24,792 nt of DNA from Candidatus Aenigmatarchaeota archaeon (GCA_029932645.1 JAOZPR010000010.1:1-24792); one strand, 5' to 3'. Positions 8,511 through 18,134 are shown, numbered from the stretch's first letter. Translations and numbers: made by a program. The notes: generated from the sequence alone by a model not told the origin.

Positions 8511-10145
8511 TTATTTCTCCAGAACCTTGCCGCGTATCTTTTCTATCTCTTCATCATCAAATGTCTTGAACAGCGGCTTGATGCTGCCCAGTTTTGCGCT
8601 CTTCAACAATGGCTCGCCAGCATCAACATAAGAACCTTCAAATGGCAGCTGCTTTTTGAGTTCTGCAGCAGTGAACGGGCAAAACGGTTCTAGAAGTATT
8701 CCTAACGTGCGCACAAGACCAGCCGCATTGTAGAGAACATTAGCAGCAGCCTGCTCATCTGCTTCTTTGTCAGACTTCACAAGACTCCAAGGCTTGTTCT
8801 TCTGAAAATACTGGTTGCCCAGCGCTGAGATGGCAAGTATCTTCTCAAGCGCGCGCTTTAGCTTTATCTCTTTCATTAGCTGCGTTGCTTCGTCTGTGAG
8901 TTTTTTTACTTCTTTCCACAGTTCTTGGTCAGGTTCGCCCTCTGGCACCGTGCCTTCGAATCGCGAGCTTATAAAAGACAAAACCCTGTAAACAAAATTA
9001 CCCACATTTCCGACAAGCTCGCTGTTGATGCGCTCCTGAAACTCCTTCAGCGAGAAGTTGCCGTCCTCTGCTGAATACGGCGTTGTGAGTGTGATATAAA
9101 ACCGCAGGTAGTCTGCGCCAAAATATTTTATTCCGTCCTCTATGCTTATGTACCAGTTCCTGCTTTTTGAGAATTTTTTGCCTTCCAGCCTGAGAAAGCC
9201 GCGCACAGGCATAGCTTTTGGCAGAACGTGCCAAGCCTTACTGAGCATCGAAGGCCAGAAAAGGTAATGATGGTATACTATATCTTTGCCTATGAAGTGT
9301 ATCATTGTTTTATAATCCTGCCAATCATCTGGCCGCAGTTTTTTCAAGGACGACAAATAGCCTATCGGCGCGTCAAACCACACGTATAATACTTTATCTT
9401 TTTCGCCAGGAATTGGGACGCCCCATGTCATATCACGGGTAATGTCCCAGTCCCTGAGATCGTCCAGCCAGTTCAGAACATAGTTCTTAACTTCATCCTG
9501 GAGATTTTTGTTGTTCTTCAAGTAGTCTGTCAGAAAATCCTTGAACTTTGTCAGTTGGAAAAAGTAGTGCTCTGATTTTTTCAGTATGGGTGCGGCGCCG
9601 CACACAGCACAGTGCGGGTCTTTGACTTCTTTTTGGTCATATGTCCTGCCACACTGCTCACAGCTGTCGCTGTACTGATCCTCTGCACCACAATACGGGC
9701 AGATACCCTTGACAAACCTGTCTGGCAAAAAGCGCTCGCACTTAGGACAATAGAAACGCTCTGTCTCCTTCTTGTAAATATAACCTTCCTTGTATAGCAT
9801 AGTAAAAAAATTTTGGCTGAGCTCAATGTTTTCTGGCGAGTGTGTTGTGTAAAATATATCAAAACGGACACCGAGCTCTCCCAAGACGCGTTCATGTTCA
9901 TCATGCCAGTAACGCACGTAATCTTCAGGCTGCTGGCCAGCCTGCTCTGCGCCGAACAGTATGGGTGTGCCGTGCGCATCTGATGCGCACACATAGATGG
10001 CATCGTAGCCAAGTGAACAAAGAAAGCGCGTGTATATATCTGCTGGTAGATAGGTCGACCTAATATGGCCCAGATGCAGCTCACCGTTTGCATAAGGCAA
10101 GGCGGCTGTAACAACGATTTTTTCGTTTTTGTCTATATTGAACAT
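8511..10145 (-). CDS. metG: Methionine--tRNA ligase, catalytic and anticodon-binding domains only
   Basis: ALPYANG, HLGH, SDAHG, four CxxC (CPKC, CPYC, CEQC, CAVC), WDITR, YVWFDA, FIGKDI, KFSKS. No C-terminal OB domain. ATG 10145 follows AGGTGA. Confidence 0.97.
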   Translation of the reverse strand: MFNIDKNEKIVVTAALPYANGELHLGHIRSTYLPADIYTRFLCSLGYDAIYVCASDAHGTPILFGAEQAGQQPEDYVRYWHDEHERVLGELGVRFDIFYTTHSPENIELSQNFFTMLYKEGYIYKKETERFYCPKCERFLPDRFVKGICPYCGAEDQYSDSCEQCGRTYDQKEVKDPHCAVCGAAPILKKSEHYFFQLTKFKDFLTDYLKNNKNLQDEVKNYVLNWLDDLRDWDITRDMTWGVPIPGEKDKVLYVWFDAPIGYLSSLKKLRPDDWQDYKTMIHFIGKDIVYHHYLFWPSMLSKAWHVLPKAMPVRGFLRLEGKKFSKSRNWYISIEDGIKYFGADYLRFYITLTTPYSAEDGNFSLKEFQERINSELVGNVGNFVYRVLSFISSRFEGTVPEGEPDQELWKEVKKLTDEATQLMKEIKLKRALEKILAISALGNQYFQKNKPWSLVKSDKEADEQAAANVLYNAAGLVRTLGILLEPFCPFTAAELKKQLPFEGSYVDAGEPLLKSAKLGSIKPLFKTFDDEEIEKIRGKVLEK

Positions 10146-10194
10146 AATCACCTCTAAATCATTGAAATATTAAGAAATAGTTGATAAGAAACTT

Positions 10195-11319
10195 TTAATC
10201 CTTTACCAGAAACTTGTCAATATTCTTTCTGGCATGCTCCCTGCGCTTTTGATGTTCTTTCAGGAAATTGCGTACGTGCTTTGCTAAGCGCTGCTTGCAC
10301 TCGCCACACATTATGCGGCCGGCTTTGCAGTCCTCGCGCATTTGCTTCATTTTCTCGTCACTGGGTTCAAATATATAATACATGTAATGATAGACAGTAC
10401 ATACGTCAGGGTTGCCGCCCTTTTCCTTCTGCTCTTTCAGAGAGCCGCGACCGCCTGTGAACGCTGCCATCACCTTTTTCTCAGCCACGTCCAACGAATC
10501 TGTCGTAAATATGGCTGTGTTCGGCCTGGATGCGCTCATCTTGCTTCCCGGTCCCTGAAGACCTGGCAAAAACATGCTGTGTATCTGTGCAGGCTTGTAA
10601 TAACCCAGCCGCTCAGCAGCATCCCTAGCTATCCTCCAATAAGGATCCTGGTCAATGGCAGCAGGTATGAGCACAGGCGTTTTCTTGCCACTGAGTTCGC
10701 TTGGCAAGAAGCATGGCGCTGCCTGCATCGAAGGGAAGAACGCCATTCCGATATTTGTGCTGTTGTCAAATCCGAAGACAGCCTTGGCTGTCGAGAACGT
10801 GGTTAGCTTTGCCACGCGCACAGCTATCTTATAGAGAGTCTTTGAATAGTCAGTGTCAGAGAATATTATTGTCTTTTTAGGGTCGAACCCAACAGCAATC
10901 ACATCTAGAGCGTTTTCCATTGCAAATGATTGTGTGTCATCAAGTGACAGCTGCTTGTTCATAAGGAATTTTTCATCGTCCGTGAGCTGGAAGTACAAAT
11001 CAGCGCCAAACTTGTCCTGCAGCCACTTTGTGAATATCCACGGAACCAGATGCCCGATGTGGGTGTGACCAGATGGGCCACGACCAGTGTATAGCGCGAA
11101 GCGCTCGCCCTTGTCGTACTTGTTCAGCAACCAGTCAAGGCCACGATGAGAGAAAAATAAGCGGCGCCTTAGCATAAGGTGAAGCTCACCAGTGTGTTTT
11201 TTGATTTTGTCTATAAGTTTGTCTGTCAATGGCTCTGTACCAAATTGTTTTATCAGCTTCTTATAATCAATCTCTCCTTCAACTGTCCACGGAGTAACCT
11301 TCATCTCTGCTGCCATCAT
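10195..11319 (-). CDS. trpS: Tryptophan--tRNA ligase, archaeal/eukaryotic type
   Basis: VTPW, YTGRGPS, HIGH, TDDEKFL, AIDQDPYW, KMSAS, AFTGGR, CGECK. Confidence 0.97.
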   Translation of the reverse strand: MMAAEMKVTPWTVEGEIDYKKLIKQFGTEPLTDKLIDKIKKHTGELHLMLRRRLFFSHRGLDWLLNKYDKGERFALYTGRGPSGHTHIGHLVPWIFTKWLQDKFGADLYFQLTDDEKFLMNKQLSLDDTQSFAMENALDVIAVGFDPKKTIIFSDTDYSKTLYKIAVRVAKLTTFSTAKAVFGFDNSTNIGMAFFPSMQAAPCFLPSELSGKKTPVLIPAAIDQDPYWRIARDAAERLGYYKPAQIHSMFLPGLQGPGSKMSASRPNTAIFTTDSLDVAEKKVMAAFTGGRGSLKEQKEKGGNPDVCTVYHYMYYIFEPSDEKMKQMREDCKAGRIMCGECKQRLAKHVRNFLKEHQKRREHARKNIDKFLVKD

Positions 11320-11462
11320 TTGTCACCTGAATAGATTATGTATATAGTTATTTTTTGTTGCGACAAATATAAATAAAATTTATTTTTGTTTAATCATTTA
11401 ACAAATAAGGCTAAATATCAGATACATGTTAAATCATATAACAAATTGCATACCGAGCAGAA

Positions 11463-13379
11463 TCACTTTTTCTTTCCGTATATGAACCAACACTGGGTGA
11501 AATATTTCTTGTAGCCCTCGACACGGACATCGTAGCCAAGGTCTTTGAACAACATATGAATCGCGTGCCTATTTTTCAGGAAATGCGGCGGAGGGATGCC
11601 AAAAGAATATCCAAAGCTGAGGAAGCAGAAACCACCGCCCTTTTTGAGCAGTGTCATGAGCCGTTCTATGATGCGTCTCGGGTTTACGAAATGCTCAAGC
11701 ACGGATACTGACACAAAAGCATCAAATGTTTCTGGCTCAAAAGGTGAAAGTTCGGTCTCCTTGATGAGAACGGCATTGGTTATATTCTTCTTCTCTACCT
11801 TTTCCTTTACTTTCTTTAGCTGGGACTTGGAGATGTCCGTAGCCACAACTATGCCTCTCGGTCCGACACGCTTGCTTATGGCTATTGTAGACAGACCAGA
11901 ACCAGAGCCAAAGTCTAAAACGGTTTGCCCCTGCTTAACACCTGCGTAATTCATTACTTTTTTTAGTTCTTCATTCCCATACCATATAGGGAAAAACTTG
12001 TCCCAGAACCATGAGAACCTGTCGAAAAATTTGGCAGTAAACCTTTTGTCAGCCTGGAACTTGATTAAAAAGTAGAAAGGTATGCCTAAAAGGACCAGCA
12101 CAGCACCCTTGACGAAAACATCAACCTCTGTTTGCATTAATAAAATAAATATCAGAGCTGCCAAGAGAAATGTTAAGATGTATGCAAAAGGCAGACGGAA
12201 ATATCGTTTTCTCTTTGGGTCTTTTTTCCTTAAAATCAAAAGAGACGCTATCACCAGAAAATATAACAACAGAGAAACAGGTATGAGAACCTTCAGAAAC
12301 AGCTCATAACCGCCTGTTATTATATTGGAAAATATTATGATGGATGTTACAAAAAACTGGAAGAGCAGAGCCTTCCTTGGAACACCTGCATCATTGGTGT
12401 CAGCAAAGAAATCCGGGAGCATGCTCTCCTTTGACATAGCATATGGAAGCCTTGGTGAGGCTGTAATCCAGCTGTTCAGACACCCGAGAATTATTATAAC
12501 TGCGCCGAGCGAGAGAAAAAAACCAGCACCGTGGACATAAGAGCCGGCCAGGAAGGCTAGCGGAGCATCTGCGGCTACAAAGTCAGACAATCCACCGGGA
12601 AGTATGTGAACAGAACCAAGCGCGGTCAGCGTAACGAGAAAATAAAGCGAGGCTACAATAAGGGTTCCAAGTATAATACCCTTTGGTATGACCTTTCTGG
12701 GGTTTTTGGTTTCTTCAGCAAGGAATGTGACATCCTGCCATCCAATATAAGGTTCTATGAGGATAGCGGCAGCCATCAGGAAGTATTCCCAACCCAGAGG
12801 CTCGAAAACCATCGTGGAAAAATTAATAAAATCCCAGCCGAGATCAACAAAGCTCAAAAGAATCAGGAACGATGCACCTGTCAGAATCATCTGGAGCCGC
12901 GCACCATGTTTAATGCCTTTGAGGTTGACAAATGTGAACAATGCAACAACAAAGATTGATACAATTATCTTGGCTGTATCAGACAGCGGAATTATGTGAG
13001 ACATATAGCTGACAGCAGCCGCAACCAACATAGCTATTGTTATCCAACTAATTACCCAAGCAACCCATCCAACAACAAATCCAAGCTTGTCGCCGAAGGC
13101 GCGCTTCACATATGTGTAGACCCCGCCAGAGTCTTCATACATGCTGGTCAACTCTGCGAAAACCATGGACATCATTATCGCAACGAGTCCCATCACAATC
13201 CACAGGAAGAGGGAAGAATAACCAACCATGCCCGCGGCTATAGCCGGTATCATAAATATGCCAGAACCTATTATAGCTCCAGCAGACAAGAATACGATTT
13301 CCTTGAGCCCGAGTACTTTTTTTAATTCCTTCCCAGCTTTTTTCTTTGGTTTTTTAGCTGGAATATTAGCAGCAGTCAT
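11463..13379 (-). CDS. APC-family amino acid permease fused to a C-terminal class I SAM-dependent methyltransferase, 638 aa
   Basis: APC motifs IIGSGIF, AEL..MY..SGGVYTY, AEETKNP, PRLPYAMS and about 12 TM segments. Then VLDFGSGSG (motif I), VVATDIS, ETFDAFVS, LKKGG. Confidence 0.9.
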   Translation of the reverse strand: MTAANIPAKKPKKKAGKELKKVLGLKEIVFLSAGAIIGSGIFMIPAIAAGMVGYSSLFLWIVMGLVAIMMSMVFAELTSMYEDSGGVYTYVKRAFGDKLGFVVGWVAWVISWITIAMLVAAAVSYMSHIIPLSDTAKIIVSIFVVALFTFVNLKGIKHGARLQMILTGASFLILLSFVDLGWDFINFSTMVFEPLGWEYFLMAAAILIEPYIGWQDVTFLAEETKNPRKVIPKGIILGTLIVASLYFLVTLTALGSVHILPGGLSDFVAADAPLAFLAGSYVHGAGFFLSLGAVIIILGCLNSWITASPRLPYAMSKESMLPDFFADTNDAGVPRKALLFQFFVTSIIIFSNIITGGYELFLKVLIPVSLLLYFLVIASLLILRKKDPKRKRYFRLPFAYILTFLLAALIFILLMQTEVDVFVKGAVLVLLGIPFYFLIKFQADKRFTAKFFDRFSWFWDKFFPIWYGNEELKKVMNYAGVKQGQTVLDFGSGSGLSTIAISKRVGPRGIVVATDISKSQLKKVKEKVEKKNITNAVLIKETELSPFEPETFDAFVSVSVLEHFVNPRRIIERLMTLLKKGGGFCFLSFGYSFGIPPPHFLKNRHAIHMLFKDLGYDVRVEGYKKYFTQCWFIYGKKK

Positions 13380-13476
13380 TTATCAATCACTATAAACAAT
13401 TTGCCTCGGGCGCTATTTATATTTTTTCGCACATCAATGAGGAAATTATTTATACCACATCTGGAGAAATAAAAAC

Positions 13477-14730
13477 ATGGGACTTAAGCGCGAGTTAGGG
13501 CTTTTCCAGACAGTTGCGTATGGTGTCGGAATCATTCTGGGCGCGGGCATATACGCACTCATAGGACAGGCAGCAGGCATGGCTGGCAACGCTGTCTGGA
13601 TGTCTTTCGTAATAGCAGCGTTCATCGCCTCTTTTACCGGCCTTAGCTATGCAGAACTCTGCTCTGTGTTTTCCAAGGATGCAGCTGAATACCTCTACGT
13701 CAAAAAGGCCTTTGGCAACGAATTGTTATCATTCCTAACAGGATGGTCTATTGTTTTGACAGGTGTTGTCGGTGCTGCCGCGGTCGCACTCGGCTTTGGT
13801 GGATATTTCTCAGCCATGTTCGGCACACCAATTATAGTTGTAGGTGTTAGCGTTTTGATATTGTTTTCTCTGCTGAACTTCTATGGCATAAAAATGTCCA
13901 CAGGTATAAATATTATTTTCACACTGATAGAAGCCGGCGGCATTTTGCTGATAATTGCTCTCGGCCTAGGTCATATCGGTTCTGTTAACTACCTTGAGTC
14001 AACTGGCACAGCCGGAATCTTCTCAGCAGCTGCCCTGATATTCTTCGCATACATAGGATTTGAGAGCATTGTAAAAATGGGTGAAGAGACAAAGAGCCCA
14101 AGAAAAATACTTCCGACAGCCCTGATATTATCTATAGTCATCACAACAATACTGTACATTCTTATGTCTCTGTCTGTAGTAAGCATAATGCCTTGGGAAG
14201 AACTCGCCAAGAGCAGTGCGCCGGTTGCTGATGTTGCTGCCAGAGCAATGGGTGGCCAGGCATATCTTATGTTATCTGTTATAGCATTGTTCGCGACAGG
14301 CAACACAGTACTTATACTACTCATCGCGACGTCCCGAATGATTTACGGCATGACAAAAGAACACGTGCTGCCAAAACCTTTTGGATATGTACATAAAACA
14401 AGGAACACTCCATGGGTCTCAATATTCTTTGTTATGTTCGTTTCCATGTTATTCACGCTCATAGGAAACATAAAAACCGTTGCAAACATAACCAACTTCT
14501 CTGTATTTCTGGTTTTCATAATGGTTAACCTTTCACTCATCAAGCTGAGATATCGCAAAGGGTTCAAACCGCGATTCAGGTCGCCTATCAATATTGGAAG
14601 GTTCCCTGTTCTTGCTGCGCTTGGTATAGCTGTTTCGCTCCTCATGCTTCTGCAATTCAGCACGATTGTCGTGGCCTATGGACTCGGCATACTGCTGGCA
14701 GGGGCAATCGTCTATAAACTTATAGATTAA
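13477..14730 (+). CDS. APC-family amino acid permease, 417 aa
   Basis: LKRELGL, ILGAGIY, SYAEL, FFAYIGFE, EETKSP, SRMIYGM, TPW; about 12 TM segments. Confidence 0.93.
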   Translation: MGLKRELGLFQTVAYGVGIILGAGIYALIGQAAGMAGNAVWMSFVIAAFIASFTGLSYAELCSVFSKDAAEYLYVKKAFGNELLSFLTGWSIVLTGVVGAAAVALGFGGYFSAMFGTPIIVVGVSVLILFSLLNFYGIKMSTGINIIFTLIEAGGILLIIALGLGHIGSVNYLESTGTAGIFSAAALIFFAYIGFESIVKMGEETKSPRKILPTALILSIVITTILYILMSLSVVSIMPWEELAKSSAPVADVAARAMGGQAYLMLSVIALFATGNTVLILLIATSRMIYGMTKEHVLPKPFGYVHKTRNTPWVSIFFVMFVSMLFTLIGNIKTVANITNFSVFLVFIMVNLSLIKLRYRKGFKPRFRSPINIGRFPVLAALGIAVSLLMLLQFSTIVVAYGLGILLAGAIVYKLID

Positions 14731-14779
14731 ACTAGTAATCATTATTGTGTTCAGATTAGCGACTAGATAATCTTAGCAA

Positions 14780-15721
14780 CTATATCAGCGACGGCATAAA
14801 CCGTTCTATGATGAATAGCAGATAAAGGATAAGCAGTATGAAACCTTCGTGCTTGGTTATCTTCCCTTCCCTGCTTAAAAGATACCAGACAGTTACCACA
14901 GCTGCCATGAGAAACGGCATTAAGCTGATAATAGATTCTATGTTTATTGGTACCGGGCTCAGTATGCTTGTAACACCAAGTACAAGTGTTATGTTTGTCA
15001 CGCATGAACCGAAGAGGTCGCCCATTGCAAGAGAATATTGTCTGTTCTTTATGGCTTTTATCTCTACTGATAGCTCAGGTAGGGTTGTTCCCAGTGCGAC
15101 CAAAGTGGCGCCCACAAGTGTTGATGTTAGTGAAAAGAAATGCGCTATCTCTATGGCCGACTTAACTACGAAGTCAGCAGACAACAGAAGCAGTCCAATG
15201 CTCAGTAGGAACTTAACAAAAAGTGGGTATCTGTCTCTTTTCTTGCTTTTTTTATCGTCGAAAGCCTTTTCGCTCACGTGACCCTCCTTGTATAGTTTAA
15301 CCAAAAGAAATCCAAACAGGCCAAGCAGCAGAAGACCATGAATAACAGAAAGTTCGCCTCGCTGAAAAATAAAAAGCGCGACAAGAGATGATATGAAGAG
15401 CAGTTCCACAAGGCTAAGTATGTCTTTTTTCTTTAGGTATATTGTCCCACCAAATATCGTGACCAGACCTAAAACAAGCGTCAGGTCTGTGAAGTTTGCA
15501 CCAAGGACATTGCCAACAGACAGGCCAGGCTCTCCCCAGACACCGGAAAAGAGAGCAACAGATAACTCTGGCAGTGATGTTGCAACAGAGATAAAAATGA
15601 AACCCAAGGCAAAGGTGGATATTCTCATAACTTCTGACAGCTCGATGCCATACTTTATGACCGAATCGCTTGATTTATAGAGAACTAGTGCACTCACCAA
15701 AAACACAATGAAAAAATACAT
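14780..15721 (-). CDS. Calcium/sodium antiporter, CaCA (YrbG-like) family
   Basis: Alpha-1 repeat ATSLPE...GNVLGANFTD and alpha-2 repeat GTTLPE...GDLFGSCVTN; about 10 TM segments. Confidence 0.92.
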   Translation of the reverse strand: MYFFIVFLVSALVLYKSSDSVIKYGIELSEVMRISTFALGFIFISVATSLPELSVALFSGVWGEPGLSVGNVLGANFTDLTLVLGLVTIFGGTIYLKKKDILSLVELLFISSLVALFIFQRGELSVIHGLLLLGLFGFLLVKLYKEGHVSEKAFDDKKSKKRDRYPLFVKFLLSIGLLLLSADFVVKSAIEIAHFFSLTSTLVGATLVALGTTLPELSVEIKAIKNRQYSLAMGDLFGSCVTNITLVLGVTSILSPVPINIESIISLMPFLMAAVVTVWYLLSREGKITKHEGFILLILYLLFIIERFMPSLI

Positions 15722-15780
15722 TTAAATCACGTTGAGCTTTATTACGTCGGATTTTTCGCCTAATTTCACTATAGCCTCGG

Positions 15781-15825
15781 TTTCATTTTAGCTGATTTCA
15801 TTTTAACTGATTTCATTCTAGTTTA
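15781..15825. repeat. 15-bp tandem repeat, three imperfect copies, at the rnz stop codon
   Basis: TTTCATTTTAGCTGA / TTTCATTTTAACTGA / TTTCATTCTAGTTTA. Confidence 0.8.
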
Positions 15826-16745
15826 ATGCTCATGAAATCCTTTGCTATCTTTATTTTTTTCTTCAGCTCGTCGCCAGCAACTTGGCTAATAATTTCTTCC
15901 AGCTCTTTTGTGGACTGATAGCGCCTGCTTATATGAGTCAGCACGATTTGCTTTGCATTTGTTTCTTTAGCAATTTTAACAATATCTTCTATAGAGCTGT
16001 GGTTTCTCTCTACAAACTTCTTATCAAAATAGGTGCATTCATGAATCAGCAAGTCAGCGTCCTTCGCAAGCTTCACAAGACCATCGCACGGCCGCGTGTC
16101 GCCTGAATAAACTATCTTCTTGCCCTTCTCTACAAAGGATACCTCGTCGAGCAAGATTTTCTTTCCTTTGTATGTTACCTCGCCATTGGCCTTTAGCTTT
16201 TTATATATCGGCCCCTTTTTAGGTAGGCCAAGACCAACAGCCTTCTCCTGGTCTATCTTTACACGGTCCTTCTCAAGGAATGCGTAAGCAACAGCAGGTA
16301 TGCCATGGTCCACAGGCATGGAAACTATTTCATATTCTTCATCATCCAAAAGCGTTGTCTGTTCCTTGCCATCAAAAGGAACATCTATAGTGTTAACAGC
16401 AAATCCCTTGGAAGAATATCCGAGCTCGGCTAAGACATCAAAAAACTTTGATGCTTCTGGCCCATAAAGATGAAGTGGTCTAGTCCTATTTTCCAGGCTC
16501 ATTGTTTCTAACAGGCCGAGCAAGCCAGCAAAATGGTCAGCGTGCCAGTGTGTGATAAATATATGGTTCAGGCGCATGAAATTCAGGCCTGAAATAAAAA
16601 TCTGACGCTGTGTCCCCTCTCCACAATCCCAGAGAAAGCAGTGCTCATTCTCGCTCTGATACGTTAAATATAGAGCTACATGCCCCCTATGCTTTGTAGG
16701 AATAGAACCAGTCGTTCCTAAAAAAGTAACGATAAACCGTGTCAT
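15813..16745 (-). CDS. rnz: Ribonuclease Z (tRNA 3' endonuclease)
   Basis: FLGTTGSIPT, DCGEGTQ, THWHADH (HxHxDH), flexible-arm GP motif, YSGDTRP, HECT, LTHISRRY. Confidence 0.96.
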   Translation of the reverse strand: MTRFIVTFLGTTGSIPTKHRGHVALYLTYQSENEHCFLWDCGEGTQRQIFISGLNFMRLNHIFITHWHADHFAGLLGLLETMSLENRTRPLHLYGPEASKFFDVLAELGYSSKGFAVNTIDVPFDGKEQTTLLDDEEYEIVSMPVDHGIPAVAYAFLEKDRVKIDQEKAVGLGLPKKGPIYKKLKANGEVTYKGKKILLDEVSFVEKGKKIVYSGDTRPCDGLVKLAKDADLLIHECTYFDKKFVERNHSSIEDIVKIAKETNAKQIVLTHISRRYQSTKELEEIISQVAGDELKKKIKIAKDFMSIKLE

Positions 16746-16815
16746 GTTTTATTGTTTGTCATCAGACTATTAAAAGTTTTGTAAGTTTTGTGAGTTCCGG
16801 CGAACTGGTTTTCTA

Positions 16816-17016
16816 TTATTCTCTGTTGTCTATAAAAAGGAATACCACCAAAGACGCCAGCATCGTTAGTGCGCTGTACCAAAAGGCTTCCAAGAAGTAT
16901 AGCGACATGCCAACACCGAAGACGATTCCCGTTACAAACAGCAGTAATGCGTGCTCTTCCTTCTTCTTAAATGTCTTCTTGTCAAGTATCGTATCTTTTC
17001 TCATAATCTTCAACAT
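16816..17016 (-). CDS. Small two-TM membrane protein, about 66 aa
   Basis: Basic N-terminus followed by two hydrophobic helices. RBS GGGTGA before ATG 17016. Co-oriented between rnhB and rnz. Confidence 0.65.
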   Translation of the reverse strand: MLKIMRKDTILDKKTFKKKEEHALLLFVTGIVFGVGMSLYFLEAFWYSALTMLASLVVFLFIDNRE

Positions 17017-17033
17017 ATTCAATCACCCTATAA

Positions 17034-17303
17034 TTAACTATACAAACCAATATTAAAAAATATTGCCCAGACCACAAGCCAGAATAAAAGGAATAAAGTC
17101 ATGTCTTTGTCAAATTTGAGCCTGAAGTTTTTTTTAGCCACGAATTTGGCATTAAGAAAAAGCGTCGCCACCATTACAATCATCGAGATGAAAAAAATGT
17201 ACATGGTGTTGACTAGTTTCTGAGCAAGGATAAATGAGATACAACCCATTAGCGCTCCAGCAACAGCCACGACCATTTTAGATTTCATATCTTTGTCCAT
17301 CAT
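17034..17303 (-). CDS. Three-TM membrane protein resembling archaeal EMC6-like proteins, 89 aa
   Basis: TM1 has G-x3-G-x-IS; TM3 ends F..FW..VW.I.FN, the pattern I recall for EMC6-like proteins. RBS GGTGA. Confidence 0.6.
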   Translation of the reverse strand: MMDKDMKSKMVVAVAGALMGCISFILAQKLVNTMYIFFISMIVMVATLFLNAKFVAKKNFRLKFDKDMTLFLLFWLVVWAIFFNIGLYS

Positions 17304-17330
17304 CTATCACCATATGTTAACAATTAATTA

Positions 17331-18068
17331 TTAGTGAGTCTTGTGAGTCTTTTTTACTTTGCTTTTTGATTTTTTCTTTCCTGCGCTGGTTGTCCGGTCC
17401 TTGAAAAATATTTCCAATTTCTTTTGTTCGTTTTCTTTTTTGATGAGCTCAAAGGTCAGCCAGGAATGCCGAACAAATTCAAGGTTATTGCCTTTATTAT
17501 TCATCCAGTTCTTTAAAAACTTGATTGTCCTTTCGTCGCTTGGATATCCGCTCCCGATTTCCTCACCAATGTTGTCGCTTATCTTTCTTATTTCCCTGTC
17601 GCGCTGAACCTTAGCCAGGATAGAAGCAGCGCCGACAACAGGATATCTTTTATCAGCAAAGTTTTCTGCTATGATTTCTGACCGGCACGTAATTCCTTGT
17701 TTTATTTTCTCCGCAAACTTTTTTGTGTTGGCCTCAATCGCGTCTATGATTGCTTTGTCCGGTTCGAGAAGGTTTATTATCTTTTGCACGTGTTCAATCT
17801 CTATCCTGTTCAGATTTTTTATTGACCTTAGCCTATCAATCTCGCTTGCAGGTATGCTGAGAAGTATGAAATCATGTGAGAGCTCTTTCAACTTTTTCTC
17901 CATGCGTTGCCTTTGACCAGGAGACAGCAGCTTAGAATCCTTAGCGCCAAGCTCAACAAGCTGCGATAGGTTTTCTTCTTTTATCATGTAGCCGCATATG
18001 AGGAGCGGCCCGAGAACAGGCCCTTTACCAGCCTCGTCAATGCCAAGAATTAATTTATTTTTGGTCAT
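17331..18068 (-). CDS. rnhB: Ribonuclease HII
   Basis: GIDEAGKGPVLGP, DSK, IDA, AASILAK..RD, GSGYPSD, RHSW, PIP-box-like QKKLEIFF. Confidence 0.96.
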   Translation of the reverse strand: MTKNKLILGIDEAGKGPVLGPLLICGYMIKEENLSQLVELGAKDSKLLSPGQRQRMEKKLKELSHDFILLSIPASEIDRLRSIKNLNRIEIEHVQKIINLLEPDKAIIDAIEANTKKFAEKIKQGITCRSEIIAENFADKRYPVVGAASILAKVQRDREIRKISDNIGEEIGSGYPSDERTIKFLKNWMNNKGNNLEFVRHSWLTFELIKKENEQKKLEIFFKDRTTSAGKKKSKSKVKKTHKTH

Positions 18069-18090
18069 AAAGATTAGTTATAAAACTCAA

Positions 18091-18122
18091 CTATTTATAA
18101 ACTTTTCCACAAATTTATAGTT
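18091..18122. promoter_or_regulatory. Divergent promoter region for rnhB and tRNA-iMet
   Basis: Palindromic TTTATAAA at 18094-18101, about 26 nt before the rnhB ATG, and AAATTTATA just upstream of the tRNA. Confidence 0.5.
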
Positions 18123-18134
18123 GTTAAAAAACAA

